Source of the DNA: a virus
Taxonomy: Duplodnaviria; Caudoviricetes
Virus record (IMG/VR): IMGVR_UViG_3300046001_004574
Coordinates: 1-27,364 of that record
Direction: 5' to 3' (one strand)
DNA: 27,364 nucleotides
In this document: positions 16,116 to 25,002 of the stretch, piece after piece
Layout: each line of letters begins with the position of its first letter
Numbering within the stretch: position 1 is the first letter of the stretch
Program-made: the position numbers and the translations under genes
Notes under the pieces: model-generated
Seen by the model: only the letters and a program-made list of their open reading frames with translations
What the model was told of the DNA's origin: nothing
Databases searched by the model: none

Positions 16116-16569
16116 TGACACATATTATCTAAATGAAAATACGACTGTTAATGCAGGCGATTTAATGCGTATTTTTAATACGTCAAATGGTGCTGAACGT
16201 AAAATATCAATTAACACGTTAGCAACATATCTACAAACAGTTGTCAACACAGGTATTCCGCAATTCGATACACAATATAATTCACCAACGGCAACTGGTT
16301 TTTCTGTATCAATAACAAATACATCAGCGAATACGCATTTAATTTTAACGCCTTTAGCAGGGTATGCAACAGGTACAATCGTTTTGCCAATAAGCACGGT
16401 TGCAATAGACAAGCAAAGAATTTTAGTCAATTCAACGCAAGCAGTAACAACATTGACAATCACAGGCAATGGGGCAAGTGTTTTAGGGCAACCAACATTA
16501 TTATCTGCTAATGGTTATTTTGAGTTGAAATATGACGCAACATTAAACACATGGTATAGAGTAGGATAA
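16105..16569 (+). CDS. putative virion structural protein
   Basis: Thr-rich beta protein ending 'YDATLNTWYRVG', within the tail operon. Confidence 0.65.
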   Translation: MSCSDTYYLNENTTVNAGDLMRIFNTSNGAERKISINTLATYLQTVVNTGIPQFDTQYNSPTATGFSVSITNTSANTHLILTPLAGYATGTIVLPISTVAIDKQRILVNSTQAVTTLTITGNGASVLGQPTLLSANGYFELKYDATLNTWYRVG

Positions 16570-16570
16570 A

Positions 16571-16888
16571 ATGGTCGAAAAAGTACAAATATTTGCTCCT
16601 AAATATGGTTCTGGCGTAACAGTCGCATCGGTAACAACAACAAGTGCATCATCATCATTACGAACAAATGATACTGGGAATGGTCAAGTCGTCGTGACAA
16701 ATACTGGCATTGTGCCTTTATATGTTCGTACAGGCGATTCAAGCGTTGTCGCAACAACGGCTGACTATCTTGTTGTTCCAAATTATGGTCAAATTGTTTT
16801 GACAATGAAGGCAACTGATACGCATATCGCATATATTACAGAGTCTAGCACAAGTTCACTTCATGCAATTATTGGTGACGGCGTATAA
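16571..16888 (+). CDS. putative small virion protein (all-beta)
   Basis: 'QVVVTNTG...LYVRTG...ATTAD...THIAYI' pattern; AGGA SD. Confidence 0.65.
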   Translation: MVEKVQIFAPKYGSGVTVASVTTTSASSSLRTNDTGNGQVVVTNTGIVPLYVRTGDSSVVATTADYLVVPNYGQIVLTMKATDTHIAYITESSTSSLHAIIGDGV

Positions 16889-17724
16889 TGTTATTTTCAC
16901 GCATTCGTTCTCGGTCTCGCTTAACTATGCCAAATCAAGGCACATTGTGGACTTTTGCTGACACAGACGCTTTTGCTTTTTATGACATGAATACAGGTAT
17001 CACCGATGCAGGGTCTGGCAAGGTGTCCGCTTGGACTGATTTTTTAGGAACATCAGCAAGAAATTTAGCACAAGGCACAGGGGTAAATAGACCGACATTA
17101 ACAGCGGACGGCGTGGTATTTAATGGCACTACTGATTTTCTATTTAATGGCAATCCACTCATAGCAAACAGTGCAAACGGCGTTTTGATTGTTGCGGTTG
17201 TTTCAGCACCTGCCAATACATCATCATCAGCACAATGGTCAATTGCAGAAGCAAGCACATCATCAACAATTCCTAATTTAGGCTTATTGTCCAAAGATAA
17301 CATTGTTGCAGACTATGGCAAAATAACGCAAGCATACAGGAATGACGCTAATACCAATATATTAAGCTATGGTGGCAATAGTGGTTCTGGAACAGCTTTC
17401 GATAATACATTTAAAATAATTTGTCATAAACTTGATAAAACAACAGGGTTTGTCACCACTTGGATAAACGGTGTTATAGAAGCGTCACCGCTTGCATTTA
17501 CACAATCAGGAACATTTACACTTAACAGGTTTTCTATTGGTTGCTTATCTCGTGCAACAAATTTAAGTTTTTGGTCTGGCACATACAAAGGACTCGGCAT
17601 TCTTGATGCAACAGTATCAGAAAACGATAGACAGCGTTCGGAGGGTTATGTGGCACATCTTTATAATGTAGAATCATTGTTGCCTGCTGACCACCCTTAT
17701 AAAAACTCCCCCCCTTATGTGTGA
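16888..17724 (+). CDS. LamG/ConA-like lectin-domain virion protein
   Basis: 'KVSAWTD', 'NLAQGT...RPT', 'VVFNGTTDFL', 'TWING', 'RSEGYVAH.Y...LPADHPYK'; TAATG coupling. Confidence 0.7.
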   Translation: MLFSRIRSRSRLTMPNQGTLWTFADTDAFAFYDMNTGITDAGSGKVSAWTDFLGTSARNLAQGTGVNRPTLTADGVVFNGTTDFLFNGNPLIANSANGVLIVAVVSAPANTSSSAQWSIAEASTSSTIPNLGLLSKDNIVADYGKITQAYRNDANTNILSYGGNSGSGTAFDNTFKIICHKLDKTTGFVTTWINGVIEASPLAFTQSGTFTLNRFSIGCLSRATNLSFWSGTYKGLGILDATVSENDRQRSEGYVAHLYNVESLLPADHPYKNSPPYV

Positions 17725-17727
17725 TAT

Positions 17728-19146
17728 ATGCAAGTAGATATTTTAAAAGGTGTTTATAACAAAGATGCAGATTATGGTGAGAAATACCCTAAAAATATTA
17801 TGCCTATCGCACAGCAGACCAACGTATCAACAGGCTATTTAAAAAACGTAAACGGTGTTGTTCAATTCACAGATTCGACAGATTGGGGCTTAGATAGAGG
17901 CGGTATAAACTGGAATGGTCGCTTGTTCCGTGCATTAGGGCAGTTTCTCGTAGAAATAGATAGCACAGGAAATATCTTTAAACGTGGTGAGATTGGTAAC
18001 GATTTTAAGAACGTGTCATTCGCTTATGGTTTTGATAGACTTGCAATCGTATCGAATGGCAAACTGTTTTATTATGTAACAGCAGGCGGTGTGTTTTCAG
18101 AGGTCACAGACCCCGATTTAGGACTGGTTCAAAATGTTTTGTGGGTTGACGGCTATTTTGTTTTAAATGACAGTCAATATATTATTGTAACAGAACTTAA
18201 TGACCCTACAAGTATTGACCCTTTTAAATATGGCTCATCTGAAATAAGCCCTGACGATATTATATCAATCTTAAAGCTAAAAAATGAGATTGTTGCATTG
18301 AACCGCTATTCAATAGAGTTCTTTTCTAATATTGGCAGTAGCGGATTTCCTTTTCAGCGAATAGAGGGTGCAACAATAACAAGAGGTTGCATTGGTCGTG
18401 ATGCGTGTTGCGTTTATGATGATACAATTACATTTTTAGGGAATGCGGTCAATGAACAGCTAGGCATTTATCAAGCGGTCAATGGTCAATCGGTTAAAAT
18501 ATCCACAAAAGAAATAGACAATGTTATCGCATCATATAGCGAAACGCAGTTGACAGTCACAAAACTTGAAATGTTGCTTCAAGACGGTGATTTAATGCTT
18601 TATGTGCATTTTTTAAATGGCACTTGGGTTTATAATATAACGGCTTCAAAAGCATTACAAACGCAAGTGTGGTATAGTATTTCAAGTTTTATCAATAATG
18701 ATTTAGATTATTATGATGCGTGGAATTATGTTTACTGCTTTGATAAATTGATATGTGGTCGGCGTTCAAGTACAACAATCGGCTATGTTGATGCAAGCAT
18801 AACGACACATTGGGGAAACAAGATAAATTGGGAATTTCAGACTAATATTATTTACAATGAGGGCAACGGTGCAATCATTCACGAAATGGAATTACAGCAC
18901 AACATTAAGGCTTTGCCATTGACGCAAGACGCTTATATCAGCACTGATTATTCTTTTGATGACGGCGTTACATGGTCACAAAGGCGGAATTTATCAATCG
19001 GTCGCAATGGTAATCGTGTTCAAAAAATGCGTTTTGTTCGCAATGGTCGCATAGAAACAAGGCGTGTTCAACGATTTAGTGGTGACAGCGATTCCAATAT
19101 GTCCATATCACGCTTAGATATGAGAATAGAGCCGTTAGCATGGTAA
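17728..19146 (+). CDS. tail hub / DNA stabilisation protein, P22 gp10-like
   Basis: 472 aa; 'DRGGINWNG', 'TDPDLG', 'WVDGYF', 'YGSSEISPD', 'GFPFQRIEGA', 'DDGVTWS'. Confidence 0.9.
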   Translation: MQVDILKGVYNKDADYGEKYPKNIMPIAQQTNVSTGYLKNVNGVVQFTDSTDWGLDRGGINWNGRLFRALGQFLVEIDSTGNIFKRGEIGNDFKNVSFAYGFDRLAIVSNGKLFYYVTAGGVFSEVTDPDLGLVQNVLWVDGYFVLNDSQYIIVTELNDPTSIDPFKYGSSEISPDDIISILKLKNEIVALNRYSIEFFSNIGSSGFPFQRIEGATITRGCIGRDACCVYDDTITFLGNAVNEQLGIYQAVNGQSVKISTKEIDNVIASYSETQLTVTKLEMLLQDGDLMLYVHFLNGTWVYNITASKALQTQVWYSISSFINNDLDYYDAWNYVYCFDKLICGRRSSTTIGYVDASITTHWGNKINWEFQTNIIYNEGNGAIIHEMELQHNIKALPLTQDAYISTDYSFDDGVTWSQRRNLSIGRNGNRVQKMRFVRNGRIETRRVQRFSGDSDSNMSISRLDMRIEPLAW

Positions 19147-19688
19147 ATATTCCAATTTGTCCAAGCAGGCAAGAATTACAACAATATTTCACTGATGCAC
19201 GGTCATTGCGTGCTTTTGAACAATTATTCGGCTTTTCAAAAACGCTTTATGATGCAACGCTTAACAGTGCAAAAGGTCAATATGTTTTTAGTACAACAGC
19301 AAGTACAGCGATTGCGGTAACTGGTACGTTTTACAAGGCAAGCGGAACGACAACATATTCAAATTTAAATCGATTCACGCAGACAGTAAATAATGCAATT
19401 GTTTGCAATAGTGATTTATCGTCAAATTACATGGTCCATGCGTTAATTGGTGTGACTGGTACAGTGGGTGACGACATTGTTGTCAAGATACAAAAATATA
19501 ATGCAGTCACGGCGTTATATGAAACCATTGCAACAAGTATTCAGCAAAAAATAGATACAACCATTGCAGTAAATGGCATTGCGAATTTATCCATTAATGA
19601 CAGAATAGAAATATGGCTAACGAATAACACAGCAACAAACGCCGTCACAGTCGCAGAAAATAGCCAAGTCTTGTTGTATCAAATTTAA
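19140..19688 (+). CDS. putative tail needle/plug (gp26 position)
   Basis: Follows the gp10-like gene; helical N-terminus 'SRQELQQYF..ARSLRAFEQLF' then a beta-rich domain. Confidence 0.55.
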   Translation: MVNIPICPSRQELQQYFTDARSLRAFEQLFGFSKTLYDATLNSAKGQYVFSTTASTAIAVTGTFYKASGTTTYSNLNRFTQTVNNAIVCNSDLSSNYMVHALIGVTGTVGDDIVVKIQKYNAVTALYETIATSIQQKIDTTIAVNGIANLSINDRIEIWLTNNTATNAVTVAENSQVLLYQI

Positions 19689-19716
19689 TTGACTATTTTG
19701 TATAATTGCATATAAT
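19689..19716 (+). promoter_or_regulatory. internal promoter upstream of the ejection genes
   Basis: TTGACT-16 nt-TATAAT in the only sizeable gap of the structural operon. Confidence 0.55.
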
Positions 19717-19774
19717 AACCGTATCGTGTCACAGCTAGCCGATAAGCAAATAGATAATACTAAAAAGATTGCTT

Positions 19775-20992
19775 ATGGGATTCGGTTCATTTCTTAAAAA
19801 CATTGTAAAAGTTGCGTTACCTGTTGCAGGTGCTGCTATCGGCGGTGCAGTTGGTGGACCCGTTGGAGCGTCTATTGGTGGTTCTTTAGGTGGTGCTATT
19901 GCAGGTGGTGGCGGTCAACAACAGGGCGGTCAAGGCGGTGCAAGTACGCTCGGCGGTATTATTGGCGGAATCAGCAATAATCAGGCATTAAATGACGCTC
20001 AAAAAATAGCACAGCAAACAGCAGATAAGCAATTATCTATCTTAGAAAGACAATACAATCTTACTCGTGGCGATTTATTAAAGGCGGTTTCTGACGGAAA
20101 GATTGTTTTAGACGATACCACGAAACAAGCAATCCAGACACTTAATAAAGGCTTTAGCAATGCGTCAACATATAATAATCAGACGCTTGATAAGATAATT
20201 GATAGACTGACTCCCTATATGAGTGCAGGCGACATGGCATTCATGCAACAGAATGATTTATTAGGTATTAATGGACAGAAAGCTCAAGAACGTGCTTATG
20301 GGTTTATGGAAAAGAATCCACAATTCCAGACATTAATGAAACAATCAGAAAATGCACTATTGCAAAATGCGAGTGCAACAGGTGGCTTGCGTGGTGGGAA
20401 TACACAAAGTGCATTGGCTAAATTACGTCCACAATTATTAAATCAAATTGTTCAACAGCAATTAGGAAATTTAAATAGTGTTGCAAATACTGGACTAAAC
20501 ACAAGTCAAAATTTAGCAAACACACAAACAGCCTTTGCAGGTCAAAATCAAAACTTGCAGACTGGATTAGCGAGTGCAGTTGGCGGATTACAAGCTAATT
20601 TAGGTATTAATCAAGCTAATTTAGGGTTAAAAGCCCCTGTGGCAATGGGTGTCATCAATCAGGGCTATGGTGAAAATGTTTCAAAGGTATTAGGCGATTT
20701 AGGTCAAGTAAAATATGATAATTCAATACTAAAAAATCAAAACACACAACAAATTGCAGGCGGTGCTTCAAGTGCTATTGAAGGCATTTTAGGGTCTGTT
20801 TTAGGTGGCGGTCAAGGCGGTCAAAGTGGCGGTATGGGGAATATTTTAGGCAGTATCGGCGGTTTATTGGGCGGTGGCGGTGGTTCACAAGTACCTATCG
20901 GCACTATTTTTGGCGGTTCGCCTGCCCCTGTATCGGTTGGCGGTGGCGGTGTCGGCTTTGGTAGCAATGGATTAAGTGGGTTTGGGTTTTAA
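19775..20992 (+). CDS. DNA ejection/transfer protein, P22 gp7-like
   Basis: Gly-rich hydrophobic termini; 'LTPYMSAG', 'ENALLQNASATGGLRGGNTQSALA'; ATG 19775 preferred to TTG 19769. Confidence 0.85.
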   Translation: MGFGSFLKNIVKVALPVAGAAIGGAVGGPVGASIGGSLGGAIAGGGGQQQGGQGGASTLGGIIGGISNNQALNDAQKIAQQTADKQLSILERQYNLTRGDLLKAVSDGKIVLDDTTKQAIQTLNKGFSNASTYNNQTLDKIIDRLTPYMSAGDMAFMQQNDLLGINGQKAQERAYGFMEKNPQFQTLMKQSENALLQNASATGGLRGGNTQSALAKLRPQLLNQIVQQQLGNLNSVANTGLNTSQNLANTQTAFAGQNQNLQTGLASAVGGLQANLGINQANLGLKAPVAMGVINQGYGENVSKVLGDLGQVKYDNSILKNQNTQQIAGGASSAIEGILGSVLGGGQGGQSGGMGNILGSIGGLLGGGGGSQVPIGTIFGGSPAPVSVGGGGVGFGSNGLSGFGF

Positions 20993-22345
20993 ATGGATAG
21001 CAGATTTCAGGCATTAGGCGGATTACTTGGCGTGGACGGCGGATTAAACGCCTTTCAAAGAGGTGAACAACAAGCATTACAGATTCAGCAACAGCAAGAA
21101 GCATTGCAACAACAAGAATTGCAAAAACAACGTGCTTTGGGTATGCAACAAGATTTAACTGCTTTTGCAATGAAGCCAGTCAAAGACCCACGAGAATTAA
21201 TTGGGTTGATGGCTAAATATCCAGAATATCAAAAACAATTAACAGCCCCCTATGAAGCGTTAAAAGCAGAAGAAAAACAGTCTATGACACGAGACGGCAT
21301 AGAATTATATTCCGTCATTAATAAAGGCACACCAGAACAAATAAAAAGCTATCTTGATGAAAAATATCAATCAGCAGTTAATAGTAACGATGATGAAGCG
21401 ATTGCGTCCGCTGAAGCATTTAGAGATATGTATAATCATAATCCAGAGGCAACAAAAGCAACAACGCTTATGAATTTAGGAGCGTTAGTTGGGTTTGATA
21501 AGTTGGGGAATTTTATTAATGTATCAAAAACACCAGAACAAAAAGCACAAGAAGCAGGTTTAATCGCACAGGCTAAAAACAGTGCAAACCCTTATTTTGA
21601 CGCACAACAACAGGCGGATTTAGAGAGTAAAAGGGCAACCGCTCAAAGAGCGTTAATGACACCAGAGGAAAGAGCAAGAGAAGCAGGCTTAATTGAACAA
21701 GCGAAAGCCCCCTATAAATCAAAAGGACTTGAAATAACAACGAATCCAGACGGAACAACAACAATCACGCAAGGTGGAGTTGCAAATAACGGCTTAGAAA
21801 AATCAGTTAAATCAGATATACAAAAAGACATTGTTGGCTTAGAAAAATCAGCGTCTGATTTAAGGTCTATTGTTGCAAGTGCAAAGCCAGAATTTAACAC
21901 ATATCAATACCAAGCAAGCAATGCTTTAAATAAACTTATGGATAAATTTGGGAGACCGATTGATAAAGATAAAATCGGAGAATATAAGAAATATCAAAAC
22001 AATGTTAAACAATTTTTTAATGCCTATAAAAAAGAAATTACTGGTGCAAGTGCAGCAGTTCAAGAAATGCAAGACTTACAAGATAGTTTATTTAGTGTTG
22101 ATAGTAGTCCTAGTGAATTTCAGGCAGGCTTAAAGCAAGTGCAAGAGACAGTTAATAGAAACTTAAGGTTAAAGAGAAAGTTATTAAGAGAGGGTGTTTC
22201 TGGTGAAAGTTTAGGTCGTGCTTTAGATGATGCTATTTTAAGCGGTCAAGATGACGACCCAAGAGCTAGAGCGTTAGATTTAAAGGGTAAATATCCCCCA
22301 AGTCAAGTTAGGGGAATCTTAATTCAAGAGGGTTATTCAATATGA
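20993..22345 (+). CDS. DNA ejection protein, gp20 position
   Basis: Helical Q/A/E/K-rich protein, 'LMAKYPE', between the gp7-like and gp16-like genes. Confidence 0.7.
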   Translation: MDSRFQALGGLLGVDGGLNAFQRGEQQALQIQQQQEALQQQELQKQRALGMQQDLTAFAMKPVKDPRELIGLMAKYPEYQKQLTAPYEALKAEEKQSMTRDGIELYSVINKGTPEQIKSYLDEKYQSAVNSNDDEAIASAEAFRDMYNHNPEATKATTLMNLGALVGFDKLGNFINVSKTPEQKAQEAGLIAQAKNSANPYFDAQQQADLESKRATAQRALMTPEERAREAGLIEQAKAPYKSKGLEITTNPDGTTTITQGGVANNGLEKSVKSDIQKDIVGLEKSASDLRSIVASAKPEFNTYQYQASNALNKLMDKFGRPIDKDKIGEYKKYQNNVKQFFNAYKKEITGASAAVQEMQDLQDSLFSVDSSPSEFQAGLKQVQETVNRNLRLKRKLLREGVSGESLGRALDDAILSGQDDDPRARALDLKGKYPPSQVRGILIQEGYSI

Positions 22346-24999
22346 ATGACCTAAGAAGTGGCATTATAAAATCAGCGGAATCATTAGGCATAAGTCCTTT
22401 TGACTTGGCTACTGCTATTTCTTACGAAACCGCAGGCACTTTTGACCCTCAAAAAGCAGGTCCTACTACTCAATACGGCACACATAAAGGATTAATACAG
22501 TTTGGAGAGCCACAGGCTAGACAATATGGCGTTGACTGGAATAATCCAGTGGAAAGTCAATTGGGAGAAAACGGAGCTATTGTTAAATATCTTAAAAGTG
22601 CGGGCGTTAAAGAGGGAATGGGCTTATTGGATATTTATTCAGCAATCAACGCAGGTAAAACAGGATTATATGACAGAACGGACGCTCAAAATGGTGGAGC
22701 AAGAGGCACTGTAAGAGATAAAGTTGAAAGACAAATGGCACAGCACGCAGAAAAAGCAAAATCATTAATTGGTGATTACGATTCTCAATCTGCCAATATG
22801 TCTGATGATGATTATCTAAATTCAGTTTTTAGCGATAATCCACAGCAAAATAACGATTTAAATAGTCAAAATAATTTATCAGACGATGATTATTTGAATG
22901 CGGTATTTTCGGGCAATTCAGATACTGAACAACAACAGCAAAACATTAATTATACGGAACAAGAAGACAAGCCAACGCAAACTTATGACTCTTCTTCATT
23001 CAGGACAGGATTAAGCCAATCAGTAGAGCCAGATTATATTGTTGATGAAAGCGGTAGTATTCGCAGGCTTGGAGAGGGCAATGAAGCGGGCTTAGGAACG
23101 CAGGCTTTATCAGGATTGCCAGTTGATTTAACCGACAGAATAGCGGTCTTTGCTAAAGCAAGAGGCTTGCCAGTGTCACGATATGGCATGACAAAAGATG
23201 GTGATATTTACTACATTGATGATAAAGGACAAGCACAAAGAGAAGAAGGTTCAAGTGCTATTGATTATATTGCTCGCTCGTCTGGTGATTTAATAACAAC
23301 CGGAGGTGAAGCATTAGGAGCGTTTGGCGGTTCGTTTTTTGGTGGTGCAGGTGCAGGTGCAGGGGCAACAGTTGGGGCAGGGCTTGGCGATGTTGCACGT
23401 CAAAAGTTAGCACAAAGTTTTGCAGGGGTCAAAGAATATAGTCCATTGCAAACAGCGTCCGAAGTTGCTTTTGCCGCTTTGCCTGCAATGGGAGAGGGTG
23501 CTATTGCAAAGTATGGCAACAGAAACGCAGTTAGAGAACTTGATAATCTTGATTTAACCAAAGCAGAAAATTTGCAAAAATCTGCACAGGAACAAGGAAT
23601 ATCGCTAACGCCTGCCGAAGTAACAGACTCAAGAACATTAAAGCGTAAACAATCGGTATTAGGTCAAATAAGCGGTTCTGACGAAGTTATGGACGATTTT
23701 TACAGAAAGCGTAACTTAGAGCAAATACCACAAGCAATTGATAAAAACATTTCAAAAATTGGCAATTCATATGAGGGCTTCAGTAATTTTTCAAAAGCAG
23801 TAGATGATATTACTCAAAGCAATGTAAAATCCGCTTCCGCTAAAATGAAACCATTTTATGACAATGTTAAAAATATTGCAGAGTCAAACAATGTTACTCT
23901 TGATGTTTCTGGCTTAACGTCACAAATAAATGACGAATTAAAAAGAGTTCCGTCAAAAAGTCCTATGGGTAAAGATTTGAAAAAACTTTCGGACATGGTT
24001 AATAGTATCGGTAAAGATAATGTTGTATCTTTTGAACAGGCAAACGAACTTAAAAAATCAATAGATGAAATGATTGATTATCGAGGTATAGCACAAGACA
24101 AAGCAACGCCACGCTTAAAATCAATTGCTATGGATATAAAAAACAAATTAAAAGACCAGATGATTGAAGCCGTGCCAGAATATGCGGAAACATTGTTTGA
24201 AGCACAAAAAATCATTACACAACTTGAGAAAACCAATAATCCACTCGCTAAATTTATAAGCAAGGACGATGTTTTGTATGGTGATGATTTTATAGAGCGT
24301 GGCTTTCATAAGATGATGAACAAGGCAACACCAAAAAAAATATTTAACTTAAAAAGTCAATTTATTAAAAACGGCAAAGAAAAAGAATTTAATGACGGCT
24401 TAGCTTCTTATCTTGAAAATCAGTTTTTAAAAATTGGTGATACAGCTGACGAAACAATCGGCGTTGGTGCAAAATTTGTTAATAGAATAGCAAAAACACC
24501 AAAACAACGAATGGGTCTTAGAGCGGCACTTGGAGAAGAGACATATAAAGGATTCGAGAATTTCTTAGAAATATTACAAGCAACAGGTTCGGTAAAACGC
24601 ACTGGTTCGCAAACCGCCCCATTCAAAGAAATGAAAGATGATATAGGGCGGTCTTTTACAAGCGGTGTTATGGATTATATTAAAAATATTGACCTTGCAA
24701 GACCGTCAACATTAATTCCTATGGGTGAAACAGCACGGCGTTGGGCTTTGGAATCAGACAAAGAATATTACAGAAAACTAGCGTCTTATATGACTTCTGA
24801 CCGTGGCTTAAAAAACTTAAAAGAACTATCTCAAATATCACCATTATCACGCAAAGCAAGAAAAGCGGTTGCTTATATCAGTGCTGAATTATTGCAAAAA
24901 ACACAGCGAGATATTGCTGATAGAATGGAAGCAGAAAGCATAGAAGAATTTAATAAAGAAATAAATGCAAACCCTAAAAAATTCCTATCTGGTGATTAA
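22342..24999 (+). CDS. large DNA ejection protein (gp16 position) with an N-terminal lysozyme/lytic transglycosylase-like domain
   Basis: 'DLATAISYETAGTFDP' (candidate catalytic Glu), 'GLIQF', 'IYSAINAG'; central Gly/Ala hydrophobic segment; long helical remainder. Confidence 0.75.
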   Translation: MNDLRSGIIKSAESLGISPFDLATAISYETAGTFDPQKAGPTTQYGTHKGLIQFGEPQARQYGVDWNNPVESQLGENGAIVKYLKSAGVKEGMGLLDIYSAINAGKTGLYDRTDAQNGGARGTVRDKVERQMAQHAEKAKSLIGDYDSQSANMSDDDYLNSVFSDNPQQNNDLNSQNNLSDDDYLNAVFSGNSDTEQQQQNINYTEQEDKPTQTYDSSSFRTGLSQSVEPDYIVDESGSIRRLGEGNEAGLGTQALSGLPVDLTDRIAVFAKARGLPVSRYGMTKDGDIYYIDDKGQAQREEGSSAIDYIARSSGDLITTGGEALGAFGGSFFGGAGAGAGATVGAGLGDVARQKLAQSFAGVKEYSPLQTASEVAFAALPAMGEGAIAKYGNRNAVRELDNLDLTKAENLQKSAQEQGISLTPAEVTDSRTLKRKQSVLGQISGSDEVMDDFYRKRNLEQIPQAIDKNISKIGNSYEGFSNFSKAVDDITQSNVKSASAKMKPFYDNVKNIAESNNVTLDVSGLTSQINDELKRVPSKSPMGKDLKKLSDMVNSIGKDNVVSFEQANELKKSIDEMIDYRGIAQDKATPRLKSIAMDIKNKLKDQMIEAVPEYAETLFEAQKIITQLEKTNNPLAKFISKDDVLYGDDFIERGFHKMMNKATPKKIFNLKSQFIKNGKEKEFNDGLASYLENQFLKIGDTADETIGVGAKFVNRIAKTPKQRMGLRAALGEETYKGFENFLEILQATGSVKRTGSQTAPFKEMKDDIGRSFTSGVMDYIKNIDLARPSTLIPMGETARRWALESDKEYYRKLASYMTSDRGLKNLKELSQISPLSRKARKAVAYISAELLQKTQRDIADRMEAESIEEFNKEINANPKKFLSGD

Positions 25000-25002
25000 A
25001 AA

